Positions 39,680-50,923 of a stretch of DNA of 64,000 bases are shown in pieces. Origin of the DNA: Octopus vulgaris (Eukaryota); NCBI GenBank assembly GCA_951406725.2, contig OX597834.1, positions 32,240,001 through 32,304,000 on the forward strand, given 5' to 3'. Made by a program: the position numbers and the translations under genes. Positions within the stretch are counted from its first letter, which is position 1; each line of letters opens with the position of its first letter. The notes beneath the pieces were generated by a model. The model was not told the DNA's origin, searched no databases, and saw nothing but the letters and a program-made list of their open reading frames with translations.

Positions 39680-39774
39680 ATGGATGTGTTAGCATCAAAG
39701 TCGAAGGTTTTGTAACTAATGGGGACAGCATTTGTATATCACCTGAAGAAATACAACTGGATCCCATTATACAG
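39680..39774 (+). CDS. Candidate coding exon (GCVSIKVEGFVTNGDSICISPEEIQLDPIIQ)
   Basis: Upstream ctaac branch-like motif and cAG acceptor, open frame, consensus donor CAG|gtaagc. The polypyrimidine tract is weak. Confidence 0.35.
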
Positions 39775-39856
39775 GTAAGCATTATACAGGTAAGCATTAT
39801 ACAGGTAAGCATTATACAAGTAAGCATATACAGGTAAGCATTATACAGGTAAGCAT
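39765..39856 (+). repeat. 15-bp tandem repeat (CATTATACAGGTAAG) x6
   Basis: Directly visible; one copy has G>A and one has a 1-nt deletion. Confidence 0.95.
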
Positions 39857-40124
39857 GATTTAAATCCTGTATATATGTGGATCTATGTTGTATGGAAATG
39901 AGTGTAATGATTATTAAATAACTATGTAACCATACTCCTGTGTAACCATACTTCTTCTGTGTAACTGTACCCTATCTTATTCATTTTCATTTTCATGCAC
40001 GAAGAATACCTAAACTTAGACTTGGAAGTATACTGTAATACTACCAGGTATTTGGTAATTCTAAGGGTGAATGAGTTCTATTTTGTACTTTTCTATGTTG
40101 CTAATGGAATACATGTTAAAATTA

Positions 40125-40173
<49 letters not shown>

Positions 40174-40234
40174 CGCCATGATAGATCGTTAGCTCCTACA
40201 CGCATTTTTTCTCTCCTTGTTTTTTTTCTGTGTA

Positions 40235-40272
40235 TCTTTCTGTCGAAGAGCATAGGCTCGAAACGTAAAAGA
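40235..40272 (+). ncRNA. Minimal hammerhead-like motif in a Penelope-like remnant (~40180-40372)
   Basis: TCTTT-CTGTCGAA-GAGC atag GCTC-GAAACGTA-AAAGA; palindromic ACGT in place of stem III; non-canonical core. Confidence 0.5.
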
Positions 40273-40373
40273 CTTGTTTTATTTCTATTCCTGAGCGTGA
40301 GCGCCATACTAATACATTTGTTTGTTTAGACTCCACCTGCCTTCGTCTTTTGTTTATTTTCGTAAACCTTCCC

Positions 40374-40435
<62 letters not shown>

Positions 40436-40454
40436 ACACACACATGTATATATG

Positions 40455-40658
40455 TACGAGGGTGTGTTGAAAAGTTCCTGGCTTTAAGGGTGTCATGAAA
40501 GATCTGGTTGGAGGTGCAACCTTCCCAGTTCTTTTACAAGGCTTAGAAAAATTGAAGTGTGTGAATCTGAAAGGGGAATATGTTGAACAAAATCCTAATT
40601 GACTGATCCTCCTGTATTTTCTTTTGCCCATAGCCAGGATCTTTTCAGCAACCCCTTC
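40455..40658. mobile_element. Mariner-type MITE
   Basis: TACGAGGGTGTGTTGAAAAGTTCCTGGCT ... AGCCAGGATCTTTTCAGCAACCCCTT, in TA context. Confidence 0.7.
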
Positions 40659-40997
40659 TATATATGCATATGATGGCTTCTTTTGGTTTCCAGCAGCTAC
40701 CAAATTCACTCATGAGGCATTAATCAGCCTGAGACTGGAATAAAACCCACTTTGCCAAAGGTGTCATGCAGTGCAATTGAGCTTGAGACCATGTGGTTGG
40801 GAAGCAAACCATACCTGTGCCTGCAAAGCTAGACACAAACCTTAAACGTAAAACACATGATGGTTTTATTAACAAAGAATAGCCTCCCACACATCACATT
40901 TTAACAACCATCAACATTGGCAAAGTTTCCGTCTCTCTTCCCTGCTATACAATCATACAAGAAAATACTCAACACCCCTTTAAGAAAGAACACCAAC

Positions 40998-41185
40998 CTC
41001 TGCTTGTCAGGTTGCCAAGCTTGTGGAGTGCATAATAAAAACATTTCCAGAACCTGCAATTTCGTAAATAGAATACCACAGGGATCCATCCTCAGGGTCT
41101 ATAAATGATGGGGGTTCAGCCGGTATATCAGTCCAGGATTTGGAATGTTAAAGAGGGGCTTGTTGCTATTTGCATGGCTCCCTTC
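40998..41185 (-). other. Candidate exon (UTR plus possible start MDPCGILFTKLQ...PDKQR)
   Basis: Long polypyrimidine tract then taAG; donor GAG|gttggt. The ATG frame (41089) ends in phase 2, compatible with the 20399 exon; all frames are closed upstream of that ATG. Confidence 0.3.
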
Positions 41186-41521
41186 CTTAAATGAAAACAA
41201 AAAGAAAACAAAATCTAAGCTAACAGTGTTTCACCGGTACTTGCCTGTCTCCTTGCCTTGGCAGTAGCAGTGAAATGAGTCTCACCATTACAAAAGTGGT
41301 GTCCTTTACTTCCAGTCTTCCGTGAGAGCATGTCTGGGTGTGGGGAAATAGTAGTATGGAAAATTGGATATCAAAAAGATGCTGTTAAGAGGCTCAGTTT
41401 TCAACCACGTGGTTTCAGGTTTAGTCCCACTGCCCAGTACCTTGGACAAGTGTCTGCTACTATAGCTGCAGGCTGACCAATGCCTAAAGAGTGAATTTGA
41501 TACAATATATTTTTATACACA

Positions 41522-41752
41522 AGGCGTCGAACTGGCAGAAACGTTAGCACGCCGGGGCGAAATGCATAGCCGTATTTCGTCTGTCATTACATTCCGGGTT
41601 CAAATTCCGCCGAGGTCGACTTTGCCTTTCATCCTTTCGGGGTCGATAAATTAAGTACCAGTTACGCACTGGGGTCGATGTAATCGACTTAATCCGTTTG
41701 TCTGTCCTTGTTTGTCCCCTCTGTGTTTAGCCCCTTGTGGGTAGTAAAGAAA
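41522..41752 (+). mobile_element. SINE family B with ~17-bp TSD
   Basis: ATATATTTTTATACACAA on both sides. Confidence 0.9.
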
Positions 41753-43556
41753 TATATATTTTTATACACAAACTTAGAAATTTTGGGGGAGGAGACTAGT
41801 TGATTACATCACCCTCAGTGTTTCACCGGTACTTATTTTATCAACCCTGAAAGGATGGAAGGCAAAGTCAACCTCAATGGAAATTGAACTCAGAATGTAG
41901 TGCCAAGCAAAATACCACTAAGCATTTCATCCAGTGTGCTAACAATTCTGCCAACTCACCATCTTCAGATACAGCAATAAATAACAGCGTGTAAATAATG
42001 TCGATTACATTTGGAAAGTGACTGTTGCTGCTACATAATTCTAGGGAATTGGAATCGGTTAACAGAATCTACATAACTGGACTTCTCTTAGACTATTCTT
42101 TTCTTCTGAAGGTGGGCCTTTGTGCCTGAAATATTAAGGTTTTATTAAACCTTCGACATTGTCAGAAGCTTTTTATTTCCTCCCTTTTCACCTTCTTTGA
42201 CATTACAATGCTTCAAGCAAACTACAACACTCATATATATATGTGTGTGTGTGTGTGTATCACTGTGATCACTGTGACCGACCAGGTTATCAAATGTTGC
42301 TACACATCACTGGTCACAATGTGCTTCACATTGTTTTAGCCTTCAAATGACGCCACCCCGCTGGCTAAGCGAGCAGGCCAAAATATATATATATATATAT
42401 ATATTAATAAATAAAAACATATGCATATATATATACATATATGTACGTACCTACCTCTACATGTATATATACACGCATATATGAGTACAGGACACCAAAA
42501 AAACGTCGAACACAATGAGAAACGAAAACATAGACATTTTTTTAAACAACAAAAAAATAGAGTACAGGACAATTAACACAAAGAAAAAACCCCTTCTTCA
42601 GTCGCCATGGTTTCATCTACTCTACGTTTCGAAAGTTAATCCAAACAAGAAAGCACAAAAAAAACACAACAACGCGAGGACGTGGAACAAATATAGTATT
42701 ATTGGACGCTCAGGAAAGAAGGAAAGACGGAGGGTTTAACATTTCGAGCGGAGCTCTTTGTCAGAAACATAGGAGAAGGAAAGAGCCAGAGAAAGGAAGA
42801 CAGAGGAAAAAAAATCGCCAACGGTACACACGCGTTCACATAATGTATATATGTATGTATATATATAAAGAGTGGGCCTTTGTGCCTGAAATATAAAGTT
42901 TTTGAAACTTTCTGCATTGTCAGAATCTTTCTATTTTCTCTCGTTTTACCTTCTATGTAAATAATTATTTCAAATTTTGTCACAAGGCCAGTAATTTCAA
43001 GGGGGGGGGGTTAAATCGATTATATCAACCCCAGTACTCAACTGGTACTTACTTTATCGACCCTGAAAGGATGACAGGCAAAGTTGACCTCAGTGGAGTT
43101 TAATCTCAGAATGTAAAGATGGATGAAATGCCACTAAGCATTTTGACCAATGTGCTAATAGTATGTGAATAATGGGTTGAGGTGAAGGCCCTTGGCTCAG
43201 TGGTTAGAGCATCGAACTCACAATCATGAGGTAGCGAGTTCAATTCCTGGACTGGGCTGTATGTTGTGTCCTTGAGCAAGACACTTTATTTCACGTTGTT
43301 CCACTTCATTCAGTTGTAGAAAGTGGTGCCAAACTGTATCACCCCCTTTGCCTTTTCCTGGGATAACATCGATGGGGTAGAGAAGGGAGGCTGGCATGCA
43401 TGGGCAACAGCTGGTCTTCCGTAAACAACCTTGCCCAGATTTGTGCCTCAGAGGGGAACTTTCTAGGTGCAATGTCATGGTTATTTATGACAGAAAGGGG
43501 TCCTTATCCTTTTTATTATATTATTTATGTATAAATAATATTTTTATATAAAAATT

Positions 43557-43960
43557 GGCTGTGTGGTAAGTAGCTTGTCTACCAACTACATGGTTCCGGG
43601 TTCAGTCCCACTGCGTGGCACCTTGGGCAAGTGTCTTCTACTATAGCCTCGGGCCGACCAAAGCCTTGTGAGTGGATTTGGTAGAGAGAAACTGAAAGAA
43701 GCCCATCGTATATATGTATATATATATATATATATATATGCGTGTGTGTGTTTGTGTGTCTGTTTGTCCCCCAAGCATTGCTTGACAACCGATGCTGGTG
43801 TGTTTATGTCCCCGTTACTTAGCGTTTCGGCAAAAAGAGACCGATAGAATAAGTACTGGGTTTACAAAAGAATAAGTCCCATGGTCGAGTTGCTCAACTA
43901 AAGGCGGTGCTCCAGCATGGCCGCAGTCAAATGACTGAAACAAGTAAAAAAAAAAAAAAA
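43557..43960 (+). mobile_element. SINE family A with poly(A), inside a 35-bp direct repeat
   Basis: Consensus motifs; TATTTATGTATAAATAATATTTTTATATAAAAATT at 43522-43556 and 44002-44036. Confidence 0.9.
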
Positions 43961-44327
43961 CATAAATATCATCATCGGCAGACGTTAAACGACGATGATG
44001 ATATTTATGTATAAATAATATTTTTATATAAAAATTACAAATAGTAATTCCAAAAATTATATTTCCACAACATACTTAATTTTTAAAAAAAACAAAACAA
44101 GACACATTAAATCCTATTTTGGTAACATTTCAAAAATTATAAATTATACATTTATAACTTTTTAAATTCTATTTTCACAACCCCACCCAAACCAACTATT
44201 TTCGTTTCCATCTTAGTCTCTGCTTGTTCGATACTTTCCCCATTTTGTCTGTTTTCCTGTTTTTCTTTTACACACACACACACACGTTTATATATTTTAT
44301 TTTTATTTTTATTTTATCTAGTTTCAG

Positions 44328-44360
44328 CTCACGAGCTGTGGCCATGCTGGGGCACCGCCA
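44328..44360 (-). mobile_element. Stand-alone two-hairpin tail module (second copy 47973-48012, variant 23312-23349)
   Basis: Minus strand GGCGGTGCCCCAGCATGGCCACAGCTCGTGAGCTGAAACTAG then (ATAAA)n; homologous to the SINE A 3' end. Confidence 0.75.
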
Positions 44361-44884
44361 TTATATTTTTATTTTATTTTATTTTTATTTTTATTTTTTT
44401 TATTTTGTGAAGAATTAACAGAAAACAAAATAGCTAAGATTGGGTGTCGCCATGATTATTTACTAAATTACCATCTGTTTTAACTGCAAAAAAAAAAAAA
44501 AAAAGAAAAAGAAAAACCAAAGGAAACAGTACAGACCTATGTATACAAACTCATTTAACACACTTTGGTGACTTCAGGTTCCCTTACTGACACCTAACTA
44601 GGCCTCCTTCTGCTGCTACACTCTCAACACATACTTAGTGGTTGAAAGAGCACAGTGAGCGGTAATAGCGGTGATGGTGGTGGTGGTGGTGTTGGTGAGA
44701 GGATTCACTGATGCCATGACATTTTAGCTTAGAATGGCGCACACCCTATTGCTGAGTTGCTACCACTTTCCATGTATCTTCGTGTCTGTCTGTCTGTCTA
44801 TTTTTCTTGTTGGATGTCTGTAACATCCATCTAATCTGTTTAACTATTTATCGTATTCTCTCTCTTTCTTGTTTTCTTTCTGCT

Positions 44885-44932
<48 letters not shown>

Positions 44933-45042
44933 GTATATACCATTCACTAAATACTACCTGGCCAATCATACATTCACTTTACATGCATGAAACTCAAAGT
45001 AGCAATGGAGTGAATCATCAACTGATTCCCTATATATATATA

Positions 45043-45378
45043 AGGCGCATGGCTCAATGGTTAGAGCGTCGAGCTTATGATCGTGAGGTTGTGAGCTCGA
45101 ATCCCAGACTGGGCTGCGTGTTGTGTTCTTGAGCAAAGCACTTTATTTTCACGTTGCTCCAGTTCACTCAGCTGTAGAAATGAGTTGCGACGTCACTGGT
45201 GCCAAGCTGTATCGGCCCCTTTGCCTTTCCCTTGGATAACACTGGTGGTGTGGAGAGGAGAGGCTGGTATGCATGGGCGACTGCTGGTCTTCCGTAAACA
45301 ACCTTGCCCAGACTTGTGACTAGGAGGGTAACTTTCTAGGTGCAATCCCATGGTCAGTGTCGTGACCGAAGGGGGTCA
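45043..45378 (+). mobile_element. SINE family C, tRNA-like head (other copies 32395-32725 minus, 43190-43503 plus, 57347-57648 minus)
   Basis: TGGCTCAATGGTTAGAGC (A box), GCTCGAATCC (B box), body GTTCTTGAGCAA..CACTCAGCTGTAGAAATGAG, tail GACCGAAGGGGGTC. Confidence 0.85.
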
Positions 45379-45764
45379 ACAAGTATATATATATACATAT
45401 GTATATTTAAAGGGCTAAAAAACCACTATGTGGTCAGCCATATGCTAGAAGTAATACACATGTATTAGAATTTTCTCTGATTCTTCAGATTTTTGTATGC
45501 TAGGCTACTGGTTTTAAATTGATATTAATTAACTTAATATGCAATTTATCTCCCTCATTATTTAAATGTTTTTATATATATACATATATATGTGTGAGTG
45601 TATAATCAAGTAGAGGTTATAAACCTCATTAAGGGATCATAAATTCAATACTGGTTAGTTACCAATCTATAGAAAGTTTGACTATAAGGTAACCATATAA
45701 ACTGTGAGTTAACGGTTTTATGGCCATTATCTCAATGTGTATTTCTAATCGGTATGTCTCTGCT

Positions 45765-45849
45765 ACCTCTGAAGAGATTCACCGTATAATGATTTTAATT
45801 TTATAAATTAATTATCTAAAGATTTCTGAATTGAAACAGCTGTCAGAGA
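45765..45849 (+). ncRNA. Hammerhead-like motif with a long AT-rich loop II
   Basis: CT-CTGAAGA-GATTCA...TGAATT-GAAAC-agct-GTC-AG; palindromic ACAGCTGT stem III; short stem I. Confidence 0.45.
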
Positions 45850-45907
45850 TGTTGTCATATTTTATAATTAATGAATAATTTTATTAATTACCTCTCCATT
45901 TACTCCT

Positions 45908-45961
<54 letters not shown>

Positions 45962-46188
45962 GTATGTATTTATGTATGTATATATGTATGTGTATATGTG
46001 CATGTGTTTGTATGTGTGTGAGAGTGTGTGCGTCACTGTCTCCTTGCCTTGGCAGTAGCGGTGAAATGAGTCTCACCATTACAAAAGTGGTGTCCTTTAC
46101 TTCCAGTCTTCCGTGAGAGCATGTCTGGGTGTGGGGAAATAGTAGTATGGAAAATTAGATATCAAAAAGATGCTGTTGATATTACTGT

Positions 46189-46604
46189 GGAGTGGCTGTG
46201 TGGTGAGTAGCTTGTTTACCAACCACATGGTTCCGGGTTTAGTCCCACTGTGTGGCACATTGGGCAAGTGTCTTCTACTGTAGCCTCGGGCCGACCAAAG
46301 CCTTGTGAGTGGATTTGGTAGATGGAAACTGAAAGAAGCCATCATATATATGTATATATATGTATGTATGTGTGCATGTATGTTTGTGTGTCTGTGTTTG
46401 TCCCATCCAACATCGCTTGACAACCGACGCTGGTGTGTTTATGTCCCCATCACTTAGCGGTTCAGCAAAAGAGACCGATAGAATAAGTACTAGGCTTACA
46501 AAGAATAAGTCCCAGAGCCGAGTTGCTTGATTAAAGGCGGTGCTCCAGCATGGCCACAGTCAAATGACTGAAACAAGTAAAAGAGTAAAAGAGAGTAAAA
46601 GAGT
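46189..46604 (+). mobile_element. SINE family A
   Basis: Consensus motifs; (GAGTAAAA)n tail. Confidence 0.9.
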
Positions 46605-47864
46605 ATATCTGTCTATAAAAGGTGGCAAGCTGGTAGAATCATGAGGATGCTGGGCAAAATGCTTAGCAGCTTTTTGTCCATCTTTACATTCTGAGGTCAA
46701 CTTCTGCCAAGGTTGACTTTGCCTTTCACCCCTTTGTGGTTCATAATATAAGTACCAGTTAAGTACTGGCGTTGACGTAATCAACTTAAACCCTTCCCCA
46801 AAATTGCTGGCCTTGTGCCAAAATTTGAAACCAAAATTATATCTGTCTATCTATCATCATCATCGTCATCATCGTTTAATATCTGCCTTCCATGCTGGCA
46901 TGGCTGGAATGGTTTGACAGGAGCCAGCCAGGCAGAAGACTGCATCAGACTTCTGTGTCTGTTTTGGCAGGGTTTTTACAGCTGGATGCCCTTCCAAATG
47001 CCGACCACCCAGCAGAGTGGACTGAATGCTTTTCACGTGACATGAGCACAGGAGAGGTCAGTTTTGGCAAGGGTTTTACAGCTGGATACCCTTCCAAATG
47101 CCAAGCACTTTACAATGTGGACTGGATGCTTTTTACAAGGCATCAGCACTTGCAGGGTCACCAAGTAACTTGTAAGACAAAGATCCTTTGAGAGGGGGAG
47201 AGGATACTGGAGGGGGTGATCTCGTGTCAGATGATGAAAGGATATAGTGAGATAAAGAGACAGAAACAGGACGTCCTGCTGTAGAGAAGGTACATGGTTA
47301 CCCAACCAGTGAGGGAGAGATTTAGGCTTCCACACAGTTTCCCTCTACCAGATTCATTGCACGGCATTAGTCTAGCTGGAAATTTAGTAGAAGACATTCA
47401 TTTAAGGTGCTGCAGGGTGGAACTGAACCTCCCAAACCATGCGGTTGCAAGAGTAATAATACAGCATGATGTGGTGGCCCTCGTCCTGTTGACAGATGAG
47501 CAAAACTCACATGATGTGAAGTGATGTGCTTTTGTTTTGAATACTTTAATACCTTGTTGTTTCTGTCGAACGAGGAAGTGACTCAGTTATTGTTGTTGTT
47601 ATTGTTCCATCCTTCCATCTAACCTTTCTCGTTTCACAGTATTGTGAACTCTCCCACCCACACACTCATCTGCTCCAATCTCCAGTCCATCCCACCCCTA
47701 CCCAATGCCCTGTCACATCTTCATCCTCTCTCTCTCTCTCTCTCACTCTAGTCACTAATGAAAAGCCCCTAATACATTCAGTTCCTCTGGAGATGAATGC
47801 AGCAAAACTATTAGTAGACCCCCACTCCTTGTAACGCATTAAAACATGAACCTGCTGTGTCGGC

Positions 47865-48495
47865 AAAGGTGACATACAACAGGATGGACATGGCGTACAG
47901 ACAGCACATAACAGGGTGGACATGTTCAGTAGAGAGTACATGATTATATTTTATATATTTTATATTTTATCTAGTTTCAGCTCATGAGCTGTGGCCATGC
48001 TGGGGCACCGCCATTAAAAATAACTGTATCTGTCAGAAGTGGGATTATGTGGACATATTATATAGACAAAACATAAACGGTGGGGTCATGTTGTAGAGAC
48101 ACTATATAACAGGGTGGACTTGTTGGGTGGACAGCATATAAAAACATGGACATGTGCTGTGCAGACTCTATATACTGGTGTGGACATGTGGTATGGACAG
48201 TATAGAACAATGTGGACATTTTGTGTGGACAGCATATAACAGTATGAATATGTGGTGTAGACAGTACATAACAATGAGGGCATGTTGAAGAGATAGTGTA
48301 TAACAGTGTTGTATAGGCTCTAAATAACAGTATAAACATGAATGTTATAGGCTGGGCATGTTGTATCGAGAGTATATGACAATGTAGGCATGTTGTATTG
48401 ACAGCTTATGTCAGTGCTGACATGTGTAGACAGTAAACAGAAATGGATCATTTCTTGTGGCCAATGTATAACGGTCTGTAGACAATACATAACAT
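47865..48495 (+). repeat. Degenerate ~32-bp minisatellite (ACAATGTGGACATGTTGTGTGGACAGCATATA-like)
   Basis: Recurrent GGACATG..GACAG..TATAACA; resumes at ~48827-48885 after a SINE insertion. Confidence 0.75.
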
Positions 48496-48505
48496 ACTCT
48501 CTTTC

Positions 48506-48717
48506 TCTTTTACTTGTTTCAGTCATTTGACTGCGGCCAAGCTGGAGCACCGCCTTTAATCGAGCAACTCGACCCCGGGACTTATTCTTTTGTAAGCCCA
48601 GTACTTATTCTATCGGTCTCTTTTGCTGAACCGCTAAGTAACGGGGACATAAACACACCAGCATCGGTTGTCAAGCAATGCTAGGGCACAAACACAGACA
48701 CACAAACACACACACGC

Positions 48718-48748
<31 letters not shown>

Positions 48749-48826
48749 TGGTCGGCCCGAGGCTATAGTAGAAGACACTTGCCCAAGGTGCCACGCAGTG
48801 GGACTGAACCCGGAACCATGTGGTTA
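48506..48826 (-). mobile_element. SINE family A inserted in a minisatellite
   Basis: Reverse complement of the consensus, with an internal deletion. Confidence 0.85.
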
Positions 48827-49021
48827 GACAGGGTATTACGGTCTTGACATGTTGTATAGGCTGTGTATAAGTGTCAACGTGTGTATTTGATTTTTGCAAA
48901 CAACTTGCATATGCAAGTGCTACCAGTTGAAAACTCCACATACCAGGAGCTAGCAAGTTTATGGGGTCATCATGGGAGAATGCATTCTGTTTCAAGGCCT
49001 ACCTCTTGATGGCATCATTGT

Positions 49022-49239
49022 TACTCTTTACTCTTTTACTCTTTTACTTGTTTCTGTCATTTGACTGCGGCCATGCTGGAGCACCGCCTTTAGTCGAGCA
49101 AATCGACCCCGGGACTTATTCTTTGTAAGCCCAGTACTTATTCTATCGGTCTCTTTTGCCGAACCGCTAAGTGACGAGGACGTAAACACACCAGCATCGG
49201 TTGTCAAGCAATGCTAGGGGGACAAACACAGACACACAA

Positions 49240-49274
<35 letters not shown>

Positions 49275-49446
49275 CGTATATACGACAGGCTTCTTTCAGT
49301 TTCCGTCTACCAAATCCACTCACAAGGCATTGGTCGGCCCGGGGCTATAGCAGAAGACACTTGCCCAAGATGCCATGCAGTGGGACTGAACCCGGAACCA
49401 TGTGGTTTGTTAGCAAGCTACTTACCACACAGCCACTCCTGCGCCT
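49022..49446 (-). mobile_element. SINE family A, full length
   Basis: Reverse complement from AGGCGCAGGAG to the (GAGTAAA)n tail. Confidence 0.9.
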
Positions 49447-49785
49447 TGTTACTTTATAAAAAAAATATTTCCTTCTGCATTGAAAGGGGAGTGGATTTGT
49501 GATTTTAGGTAGATGCTGCTGTTATTACTAGTATCTCGTGCGACCACATAGGAGCTCCCGTGTTCGCTCATTTGTGTTTATATTGTGGCGGGGAAAGCGA
49601 AGGGAGTCCATGGGGAAGACACCGATGTTGTTGAATGATAGAAGGGAAGAGATAACAAGTTGATATTTTCACTGCTTCCCTCCCACACGCTCACCACGCC
49701 TACCATGCCCTACTCCACCTAAACACGCACGTTGCTATATAATCGTACGTGTGTGTATATATGTTTGTGTGTATGTATATATGTC

Positions 49786-49936
49786 ACTAGCGTAGCTAGC
49801 GGGGGTGGGGACCGTAGGGGCAGTCCGCCCCCGGCGGCACTTTTAGGTCTGCTGTAGACAATGTGTTTTTTTGAAGGGGTCCGAGAGCGGCAAAGGAAGG
49901 GCCGCACCGGACGACACACACTCTGGCTGCGCTAGT
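49786..49936. mobile_element. Short GC-rich hAT-like MITE (relative at 57176-57316)
   Basis: ACTAGCGTAGC / GCTGCGCTAGT ends; internal GCGGCACTTTT.GGTCTGC shared with the 57176 copy. Confidence 0.6.
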
Positions 49937-49958
49937 AATATGTGTGTGTGTGTGTGTG

Positions 49959-50013
<55 letters not shown>

Positions 50014-50129
50014 ATGAAATCTGCGATGAGGAATCGGTTTCTGACTGAAGAACGAAGGCTTTGAATGACCCGTCTGTCTCTTATGTTCGTCCCTTCGTGT
50101 ATTTCACGTTATTTATTTATGTAAAGGTT

Positions 50130-50184
<55 letters not shown>

Positions 50185-50194
<10 letters not shown>

Positions 50195-50670
50195 TGACGT
50201 TGTCTGTGTATGGTAGGTTTGGTAGCCTTCAACTAACACTATCTCCTCCGAGACCCTGCGGCGCAAGTTGACCAAAACTGGGAGTATGATAGTAAATATT
50301 TTGCATTATGTAGCTTGTTATTTATTCTCTTTAGGTGAACATTTTTTCTGGTTGAAATACACCGAAAAGTGTGGACACAACAGTCAAAAAATCGTAAAAA
50401 ATAGGGATTTTCATGCTCTTCCTTCCGTAGAAGAAAAAATTCAAATCGGACCGTGTTAAGACCAAAAATTATTTACATCAAAAAGGTGCTTTTTTTCTAT
50501 GAAAATCCCTATTTTTTACGATTTTTTGACTGCTGTGTCGCCATTTTTCGGTGTATTTCAACCAGAAAAAATGTTCACTTAAAGCTACATAATGCAAAAT
50601 ATTTACTTTTCAAAAATTCCAATTCTAAACGGTCGAAACACACCTGAGCAACGCTGGGCGATACTGCTAG
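50185..50670 (+). mobile_element. Non-autonomous Helitron, same family as 37238, with an internal inverted duplication
   Basis: Collinear with 37250-37630; 50295-50413 is an inverted copy of ~50498-50605; ends GCTAG|T. Confidence 0.85.
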
Positions 50671-50703
<33 letters not shown>

Positions 50704-50892
50704 ATTTATATATTTTTGCATGTGTGTATATGTGTGTGTGTGCCTCTGTGCATGTGTGTGCATACGACTGTGTATGTGAATGTTCATAATTATACGCGTA
50801 TGTATATGTGTTTGTGTGTACATAAATGTGTGTTCGTATATTTGTGTGTGTGCATATGTGCATGTGTGTAAATGCCTGTGTGTGTATATATG

Positions 50893-50923
<31 letters not shown>

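Noticed and set aside
41070-41095. IPQGSIL resembling the RT motif GVPQGS
   Set aside because: No surrounding RT motifs; the frame closes a few codons later.
45043-45120. Additional tRNA genes at SINE heads
   Set aside because: A and B boxes are present, but there is no complete cloverleaf and the sequence continues into SINE bodies.
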